Shown here: positions 51,801-62,000 of the stretch, piece by piece
Position numbering within the stretch: position 1 is the stretch's first letter
Layout of the letters: each line of letters starts with the position of its first letter
NCBI RefSeq assembly: GCF_009914755.1
Contig: NC_060934.1
From: the human T2T-CHM13v2.0 reference genome, Homo sapiens
Direction: 5' to 3' (one strand)
Length of the DNA stretch: 64,000 nucleotides
Position numbers and translations under genes: made by a program
Notes under the pieces: generated by a model
Databases searched by the model: none
Told to the model about the DNA's origin: nothing
Seen by the model: the letters and a program-made list of their open reading frames with translations, nothing else

Positions 51801-54634
51801 GTTTAACCTTTCTTTTCATAGAGCAGTTTGGAAACACTCTATTTGTAAAGTCTGCAAGTGGATATTTGGACCTCTTTGAGGCCTTCGTTGGAAACGGGAT
51901 TTCTTCATACAACGCTAGAGAGAAGAATTCTCAGTAACTTCTTTGTGTTGTGTGTATTCAACTCACAGAGTTGAACCTTTCTTTAGAGAGAGCAGAGTTG
52001 AAACACTCTGTTTTTGGAATTTGCAACTGCAGATTTCAAGCGATTCTAGGCCTATGGCAGAAAAGGAAATATCTTCGTATAAAAACTACACAGAATCATT
52101 CTCAACAACTACTTTGTGATGTGTGCGTTCAACTCACAGAGTTTAACCTTTCTTTTCATAGAGCAGTTTGGAAACACTCTGTTTGTAAAGCCTGCAAGTG
52201 CTTTTTTGGACTTCATTGAGGCCTTCGTTGGAAACGGGATTTCTTCATGTAATGCTAGACAGAAGAATTCTCAGTCACTTCTTTGTGTTGTGTGTATTCA
52301 AGTCACAGAGTTGAACCTTCCTTTAGACAGAGCAGTTTTGAAAAATTCTTTCTGTGGAATTTGCAAGTGGAGATTTCAAGCGATTTGAGGCTAATCTTTG
52401 AAATGGAAATATCTTCGTGTAAAAACTACACAGAATCATTCTCAGAAACTGCTTTGTCATCTGTGCGTTCAGTTCACAGAGTTTCACCTTTCTCTTCATA
52501 GAGCAGTTTGGAAAGACTCTGTAAAGTCTGCAAGTGATTAGTTAGACCCCTTTGAGGCCTTCGTTGGAAGCGGGATTTCTCATTTACTGCTAGACAGAAG
52601 AATTCTCAGTAAATCCTTTGTGTTGTGTGTATTCAACTCACAGAGTGGAACCTTCCTTTATTCAGAGCAGTTTTGAAACACTCTTTTTGTGGAATTTGCA
52701 AGTGGAGATTTCAAGCGATTTGACGCCAATCTTAGACATGGAAATATCTTCATATTAAAAGTACACAGAGTCATTCGTAGAAACTAGTTTGTGATGTGTG
52801 CCTTCAACTCACAGAGTTTAACCTTTCTTTTCATAGAGCAGTTGGGAAACACTCTATTTGTAAAGTCTGCAAGTGGATATTTGGACCTCTTTGAGGCCTT
52901 CGTTGGAAACGGGATTTCTTCATATAACGCTAGACAGAAGAATTCTCAGTAACTTCTTTGTGTTGTGTGTATTCAACTCACAGAGTTGAACCTTTCTTTA
53001 GAGGGAGCAGAGGTGAAACACTCTTTTTGTGGAATTTGCTAGTGTAGATTTCAAACGCTTCGAAGACAGTGATAGAAAAGGATGTATCTTCGTATTAAAA
53101 GTAGACAAAATCATTCTCAGAAAACTCTTTGTGATGTGTGTGTTCAACTCACAGAGTTTAACCTTTCTTTAATCGAGCAGTTTGGAAATACACTCTTTGT
53201 AAGTCTGCAGGTGGATATTTGGCCCTCTTTGAGCCCTTCGTTGGAAACGGGATTTCCTCATATAATGCTAGACAGAAGAATTCTCAGTAACTTCTTTGTG
53301 TTGTTTGTATTCAACACACAGATTTGAACCTTCCTTTAGAGAGAGCAGATTTGAAACACTCTGTTTTTGGAATTTGCAAGTGCAGATTTCAAGCGCTTCT
53401 AGGCCTATGGCAGAAAAGGAAATATCTTCGTATAAAAACTACACAGAATCATTCTCAACAACTACTTTGTGATGTGTGCGTTCAACTCACAGAGTTTAAC
53501 CTTTCTTTTCATAGAGCAGTTTGGAAACACTCTGTTTGTAAAGCCTGCAAGTGCTTTTTTGGACTTCATTGAGGCCTTCGTTGGAAACGGGATTTCTTCA
53601 TATAATGCTAGACAGAAGAATTCTCAGTCACTTCTTTGTGTTGTGTGTATTCAAGTCACAGAGTTGAACCTTCCTTTAGACAGAGCAGTTTTGAAAAATT
53701 CTTTCTGTGGAGTTTGCAAGTGGAGATTTCAAGCGATTTGAGGCTAATCTTTGAAATGGAAATATCTTCGTGTAAAAACTACACAGAATCATTCTCAGAA
53801 ACTGCTTTGTCATCTGTGCGTTCAGTTCACAGAGTTTCACCTTTCTCTTCATAGAGCAGTTTGGAAAGACTCTGTCTGTAAAGTCTGCAAGTGATTAGTT
53901 AGACCCCTTTGAGGCCTTCGTTGGAAGCGGGATTTCTCATTTACTGCTAGACAGAAGAATTCTCAGTAAATCCTTTGTGTTGTGTGTATTCAACTCACAG
54001 AGTGGAACCTTCCTTTATTCAGAGCAGTTTTGAAAAACTCTTTTTGTGGAATTTGCAAGTGGAGATTTCAAGCGATTTGACGCCAATCTTAGACATGGAA
54101 ATGTCTTCATATTAAAAGTACACAGAGTCATTCGTAGAAACTAGTTTGTGATGTGTGCCTTCAACTCACAGAGTTTAACCTTTCTTTTCATAGAGCAGTT
54201 GGGAAACACTCTATTTGTAAAGTCTGCAAGTGGATATTTGGACCTCTTTGAGGCCTTCGTTGGAAACGGGATTTCTTCATACAACGCTAGACAGAAGAAT
54301 TCTCAGTAACTTCTTTGTGTTGTGTGTATTCAACTCACAGAGTTGAACCTTTCTTTAGAGAGAGCAGAGTTGAAACACTCTGTTTTTGGAATTTGCAAGT
54401 GCAGATTTCAAGCGCTTCTAGGCCTATGGCAGAAAAGGAAATATCTTCGTATAAAAACTACACAGAATCATTCTCAACAACTACTTTGTGATGTGTGCGT
54501 TCAACTCACAGAGTTTAACCTTTCTTTTCATAGAGCAGTTTGGAAACACTCTGTTTGTAAAGCCTGCAAGTGCTTTTTTGGACTTCATTGAGGCCTTCGT
54601 TGGAAACGGGATTTCTTCATGTAATGCTAGACAG

Positions 54635-56327
54635 AAGAATTCTCAGTCACTTCTTTGTGTTGTGTGTATTCAAGTCACAGAGTTGAACCTTCCTTTAGAC
54701 AGAGCAGTTTTGAAAAATTCTTTCTGTGGAATTTGCAAGTGGAGATTTCAAGCGATTTGAGGCTAATCTTTGAAATGGAAATATCTTCGTGTAAAAACTA
54801 CACAGAATCATTCTCAGAAACTGCTTTGTCATCTGTGCGTTCAGTTCACAGAGTTTCACCTTTCTCTTCATAGAGCAGTTTGGAAAGACTCTGTAAAGTC
54901 TGCAAGTGATTAGTTAGACCCCTTTGAGGCCTTCGTTGGAAGCGGGATTTCTCATTTACTGCTAGACAGAAGAATTCTCAGTAAATCCTTTGTGTTGTGT
55001 GTATTCAACTCACAGAGTGGAACCTTCCTTTATTCAGAGCAGTTTTGAAACACTCTTTTTGTGGAATTTGCAAGTGGAGATTTCAAGCGATTTGACGCCA
55101 ATCTTAGACATGGAAATATCTTCATATTAAAAGTACACAGAGTCATTCGTAGAAACTAGTTTGTGATGTGTGCCTTCAACTCACAGAGTTTAACCTTTCT
55201 TTTCATAGAGCAGTTGGGAAACACTCTATTTGTAAAGTCTGCAAGTGGATATTTGGACCTCTTTGAGGCCTTCGTTGGAAACGGGATTTCTTCATATAAC
55301 GCTAGACAGAAGAATTCTCAGTAACTTCTTTGTGTTGTGTGTATTCAACTCACAGAGTTGAACCTTTCTTTAGAGGGAGCAGAGGTGAAACACTCTTTTT
55401 GTGGAATTTGCTAGTGTAGATTTCAAACGCTTCGAAGACAGTGATAGAAAAGGATATATCTTCGTATTAAAAGTAGACAAAATCATTCTCAGAAAACTCT
55501 TTGTGATGTGTGTGTTCAACTCACAGAGTTTAACCTTTCTTTAATCGAGCAGTTTGGAAATTCACTCTTTGTAAGTCTGCAGGTGGATATTTGGCCCTCT
55601 TTGAGCCCTTCGTTGGAAACGGGATTTCCTCATATAATGCTAGACAGAAGAATTCTCAGTAACTTCTTTGTGTTGTTTGTATTCAACACACAGATTTGAA
55701 CCTTCCTTTAGAGAGAGCAGATTTGAAACACTCTGTTTTTGGAATTTGCAAGTGCAGATTTCAAGCGCTTCTAGGCCTATGGCAGAAAAGGAAATATCTT
55801 CGTATAAAAACTACACAGAATCATTCTCAACAACTACTTTGTGATGTGTGCGTTCAACTCACAGAGTTTAACCTTTCTTTTCATAGAGCAGTTTGGAAAC
55901 ACTCTGTTTGTAAAGCCTGCAAGTGCTTTTTTGGACTTCATTGAGGCCTTCGTTGGAAACGGGATTTCTTCATATAATGCTAGACAGAAGAATTCTCAGT
56001 AACTTCTTTGTGTTGTGTGTATTCAACTCACAGAGTTGAACCTTTCTTTAGAGAGAGCAGAGTTGAAACACTCTGTTTTTGGAATTTGCAACTGCAGATT
56101 TCAAGCGATTCTAGGCCTATGGCAGAAAAGGAAATATCTTCGTATAAAAACTACACAGAATCATTCTCAACAACTACTTTGTGATGTGTGCGTTCAACTC
56201 ACAGAGTTTAACCTTTCTTTTCATAGAGCAGTTTGGAAACACTCTGTTTGTAAAGCCTGCAAGTGCTTTTTTGGACTTCATTGAGGCCTTCGTTGGAAAC
56301 GGGATTTCTTCATATAATGCTAGACAG
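54635..56327 (+). repeat. 10-mer HOR variant with 4-bp deletion (1693 bp)
   Basis: Marker spacing 54655 to 56348; extra dimer at 55988-56327. Confidence 0.93.
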
Positions 56328-57346
56328 AAGAATTCTCAGTCACTTCTTTGTGTTGTGTGTATTCAAGTCACAGAGTTGAACCTTCCTTTAGACAGAGCAG
56401 TTTTGAAAAATTCTTTCTGTGGAGTTTGCAAGTGGAGATTTCAAGCGATTTGAGGCTAATCTTTGAAATGGAAATATCTTCGTGTAAAAACTACACAGAA
56501 TCATTCTCAGAAACTGCTTTGTCATCTGTGCGTTCAGTTCACAGAGTTTCACCTTTCTCTTCATAGAGCAGTTTGGAAAGACTCTGTCTGTAAAGTCTGC
56601 AAGTGATTAGTTAGACCCCTTTGAGGCCTTCGTTGGAAGCGGGATTTCTCATTTACTGCTAGACAGAAGAATTCTCAGTAAATCCTTTGTGTTGTGTGTA
56701 TTCAACTCACAGAGTGGAACCTTCCTTTATTCAGAGCAGTTTTGAAAAACACTTTTTGTGGAATTTGCAAGTGGAGATTTCAAGCGATTTGACGCCAATC
56801 TTAGACATGGAAATATCTTCATATTAAAAGTACACAGAGTCATTCGTAGAAACTAGTTTGTGATGTGTGCCTTCAACTCACAGAGTTTAACCTTTCTTTT
56901 CATAGAGCAGTTTGGAAACACTCTATTTGTAAAGTCTGCAAGTGGATATTTGGACCTCTTTGAGGCCTTCGTTGGAAACGGGATTTCTTCATACAACGCT
57001 AGAGAGAAGAATTCTCAGTAACTTCTTTGTGTTGTGTGTATTCAACTCACAGAGTTGAACCTTTCTTTAGAGAGAGCAGAGTTGAAACACTCTGTTTTTG
57101 GAATTTGCAACTGCAGATTTCAAGCGATTCTAGGCCTATGGCAGAAAAGGAAATATCTTCGTATAAAAACTACACAGAATCATTCTCAACAACTACTTTG
57201 TGATGTGTGCGTTCAACTCACAGAGTTTAACCTTTCTTTTCATAGAGCAGTTTGGAAACACTCTGTTTGTAAAGCCTGCAAGTGCTTTTTTGGACTTCAT
57301 TGAGGCCTTCGTTGGAAACGGGATTTCTTCATGTAATGCTAGACAG

Positions 57347-59043
57347 AAGAATTCTCAGTCACTTCTTTGTGTTGTGTGTATTCAAGTCACAGAGTTGAAC
57401 CTTCCTTTAGACAGAGCAGTTTTGAAAAATTCTTTCTGTGGAATTTGCAAGTGGAGATTTCAAGCGATTTGAGGCTAATCTTTGAAATGGAAATATCTTC
57501 GTGTAAAAACTACACAGAATCATTCTCAGAAACTGCTTTGTCATCTGTGCGTTCAGTTCACAGAGTTTCACCTTTCTCTTCATAGAGCAGTTTGGAAAGA
57601 CTCTGTCTGTAAAGTCTGCAAGTGATTAGTTAGACCCCTTTGAGGCCTTCGTTGGAAGCGGGATTTCTCATTTACTGCTAGACAGAAGAATTCTCAGTAA
57701 ATCCTTTGTGTTGTGTGTATTCAACTCACAGAGTGGAACCTTCCTTTATTCAGAGCAGTTTTGAAACACTCTTTTTGTGGAATTTGCAAGTGGAGATTTC
57801 AAGCGATTTGACGCCAATCTTAGACATGGAAATATCTTCATATTAAAAGTACACAGAGTCATTCGTAGAAACTAGTTTGTGATGTGTGCCTTCAACTCAC
57901 AGAGTTTAACCTTTCTTTTCATAGAGCAGTTGGGAAACACTCTATTTGTAAAGTCTGCAAGTGGATATTTGGACCTCTTTGAGGCCTTCGTTGGAAACGG
58001 GATTTCTTCATATAACGCTAGACAGAAGAATTCTCAGTAACTTCTTTGTGTTGTGTGTATTCAACTCACAGAGTTGAACCTTTCTTTAGAGGGAGCAGAG
58101 GTGAAACACTCTTTTTGTGGAATTTGCTAGTGTAGATTTCAAACGCTTCGAAGACAGTGATAGAAAAGGATATATCTTCGTATTAAAAGTAGACAAAATC
58201 ATTCTCAGAAAACTCTTTGTGATGTGTGTGTTCAACTCACAGAGTTTAACCTTTCTTTAATCGAGCAGTTTGGAAATTCACTCTTTGTAAGTCTGCAGGT
58301 GGATATTTGGCCCTCTTTGAGCCCTTCGTTGGAAACGGGATTTCCTCATATAATGCTAGACAGAAGAATTCTCAGTAACTTCTTTGTGTTGTTTGTATTC
58401 AACACACAGATTTGAACCTTCCTTTAGAGAGAGCAGATTTGAAACACTCTGTTTTTGGAATTTGCAAGTGCAGATTTCAAGCGCTTCTAGGCCTATGGCA
58501 GAAAAGGAAATATCTTCGTATAAAAACTACACAGAATCATTCTCAACAACTACTTTGTGATGTGTGCGTTCAACTCACAGAGTTTAACCTTTCTTTTCAT
58601 AGAGCAGTTTGGAAACACTCTGTTTGTAAAGCCTGCAAGTGCTTTTTTGGACTTCATTGAGGCCTTCGTTGGAAACGGGATTTCTTCATATAATGCTAGA
58701 CAGAAGAATTCTCAGTAACTTCTTTGTGTTGTGTGTATTCAACTCACAGAGTTGAACCTTTCTTTAGAGAGAGCAGAGTTGAAACACTCTGTTTTTGGAA
58801 TTTGCAACTGCAGATTTCAAGCGATTCTAGGCCTATGGCAGAAAAGGAAATATCTTCGTATAAAAACTACACAGAATCATTCTCAACAACTACTTTGTGA
58901 TGTGTGCGTTCAACTCACAGAGTTTAACCTTTCTTTTCATAGAGCAGTTTGGAAACACTCTGTTTGTAAAGCCTGCAAGTGCTTTTTTGGACTTCATTGA
59001 GGCCTTCGTTGGAAACGGGATTTCTTCATATAATGCTAGACAG
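57347..59043 (+). repeat. 10-mer HOR variant without the deletion (1697 bp)
   Basis: Marker spacing 57367 to 59064; extra dimer at 58704-59043. Confidence 0.93.
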
Positions 59044-62000
59044 AAGAATTCTCAGTCACTTCTTTGTGTTGTGTGTATTCAAGTCACAGAGTTGAACCTT
59101 CCTTTAGACAGAGCAGTTTTGAAAAATTCTTTCTGTGGAGTTTGCAAGTGGAGATTTCAAGCGATTTGAGGCTAATCTTTGAAATGGAAATATCTTCGTG
59201 TAAAAACTACACAGAATCATTCTCAGAAACTGCTTTGTCATCTGTGCGTTCAGTTCACAGAGTTTCACCTTTCTCTTCATAGAGCAGTTTGGAAAGACTC
59301 TGTCTGTAAAGTCTGCAAGTGATTAGTTAGACCCCTTTGAGGCCTTCGTTGGAAGCGGGATTTCTCATTTACTGCTAGACAGAAGAATTCTCAGTAAATC
59401 CTTTGTGTTGTGTGTATTCAACTCACAGAGTGGAACCTTCCTTTATTCAGAGCAGTTTTGAAAAACACTTTTTGTGGAATTTGCAAGTGGAGATTTCAAG
59501 CGATTTGACGCCAATCTTAGACATGGAAATATCTTCATATTAAAAGTACACAGAGTCATTCGTAGAAACTAGTTTGTGATGTGTGCCTTCAACTCACAGA
59601 GTTTAACCTTTCTTTTCATAGAGCAGTTTGGAAACACTCTATTTGTAAAGTCTGCAAGTGGATATTTGGACCTCTTTGAGGCCTTCGTTGGAAACGGGAT
59701 TTCTTCATACAACGCTAGACAGAAGAATTCTCAGTAACTTCTTTGTGTTGTGTGTATTCAACTCACAGAGTTGAACCTTTCTTTAGAGAGAGCAGAGTTG
59801 AAACACTCTGTTTTTGGAATTTGCAACTGCAGATTTCAAGCGATTCTAGGCCTATGGCAGAAAAGGAAATATCTTCGTATAAAAACTACACAGAATCATT
59901 CTCAACAACTACTTTGTGATGTGTGCGTTCAACTCACAGAGTTTAACCTTTCTTTTCATAGAGCAGTTTGGAAACACTCTGTTTGTAAAGCCTGCAAGTG
60001 CTTTTTTGGACTTCATTGAGGCCTTCGTTGGAAACGGGATTTCTTCATATAATGCTAGACAGAAGAATTCTCAGTCACTTCTTTGTGTTGTGTGTATTCA
60101 AGTCACAGAGTTGAACCTTCCTTTAGACAGAGCAGTTTTGAAAAATTCTTTCTGTGGAATTTGCAAGTGGAGATTTCAAGCGATTTGAGGCTAATCTTTG
60201 AAATGGAAATATCTTCGTGTAAAAACTACACAGAATCATTCTCAGAAACTGCTTTGTCATCTGTGCGTTCAGTTCACAGAGTTTCACCTTTCTCTTCATA
60301 GAGCAGTTTGGAAAGACTCTGTCTGTAAAGTCTGCAAGTGATTAGTTAGACCCCTTTGAGGCCTTCGTTGGAAGCGGGATTTCTCATTTACTGCTAGACA
60401 GAAGAATTCTCAGTAAATCCTTTGTGTTGTGTGTATTCAACTCACAGAGTGGAACCTTCCTTTATTCAGAGCAGTTTTGAAACACTCTTTTTGTGGAATT
60501 TGCAAGTGGAGATTTCAAGCGATTTGACGCCAATCTTAGACATGGAAATATCTTCATATTAAAAGTACACAGAGTCATTCGTAGAAACTAGTTTGTGATG
60601 TGTGCCTTCAACTCACAGAGTTTAACCTTTCTTTTCATAGAGCAGTTGGGAAACACTCTATTTGTAAAGTCTGCAAGTGGATATTTGGACCTCTTTGAGG
60701 CCTTCGTTGGAAACGGGATTTCTTCATATAACGCTAGACAGAAGAATTCTCAGTAACTTCTTTGTGTTGTGTGTATTCAACTCACAGAGTTGAACCTTTC
60801 TTTAGAGGGAGCAGAGGTGAAACACTCTTTTTGTGGAATTTGCTAGTGTAGATTTCAAACGCTTCGAAGACAGTGATAGAAAAGGATATATCTTCGTATT
60901 AAAAGTAGACAAAATCATTCTCAGAAAACTCTTTGTGATGTGTGTGTTCAACTCACAGAGTTTAACCTTTCTTTAATCGAGCAGTTTGGAAATTCACTCT
61001 TTGTAAGTCTGCAGGTGGATATTTGGCCCTCTTTGAGCCCTTCGTTGGAAACGGGATTTCCTCATATAATGCTAGACAGAAGAATTCTCAGTAACTTCTT
61101 TGTGTTGTTTGTATTCAACACACAGATTTGAACCTTCCTTTAGAGAGAGCAGATTTGAAACACTCTGTTTTTGGAATTTGCAAGTGCAGATTTCAAGCGC
61201 TTCTAGGCCTATGGCAGAAAAGGAAATATCTTCGTATAAAAACTACACAGAATCATTCTCAACAACTACTTTGTGATGTGTGCGTTCAACTCACAGAGTT
61301 TAACCTTTCTTTTCATAGAGCAGTTTGGAAACACTCTGTTTGTAAAGCCTGCAAGTGCTTTTTTGGACTTCATTGAGGCCTTCGTTGGAAACGGGATTTC
61401 TTCATATAATGCTAGACAGAAGAATTCTCAGTCACTTCTTTGTGTTGTGTGTATTCAAGTCACAGAGTTGAACCTTCCTTTAGACAGAGCAGTTTTGAAA
61501 AATTCTTTCTGTGGAGTTTGCAAGTGGAGATTTCAAGCGATTTGAGGCTAATCTTTGAAATGGAAATATCTTCGTGTAAAAACTACACAGAATCATTCTC
61601 AGAAACTGCTTTGTCATCTGTGCGTTCAGTTCACAGAGTTTCACCTTTCTCTTCATAGAGCAGTTTGGAAAGACTCTGTCTGTAAAGTCTGCAAGTGATT
61701 AGTTAGACCCCTTTGAGGCCTTCGTTGGAAGCGGGATTTCTCATTTACTGCTAGACAGAAGAATTCTCAGTAAATCCTTTGTGTTGTGTGTATTCAACTC
61801 ACAGAGTGGAACCTTCCTTTATTCAGAGCAGTTTTGAAAAACACTTTTTGTGGAATTTGCAAGTGGAGATTTCAAGCGATTTGACGCCAATCTTAGACAT
61901 GGAAATATCTTCATATTAAAAGTACACAGAGTCATTCGTAGAAACTAGTTTGTGATGTGTGCCTTCAACTCACAGAGTTTAACCTTTCTTTTCATAGAGC

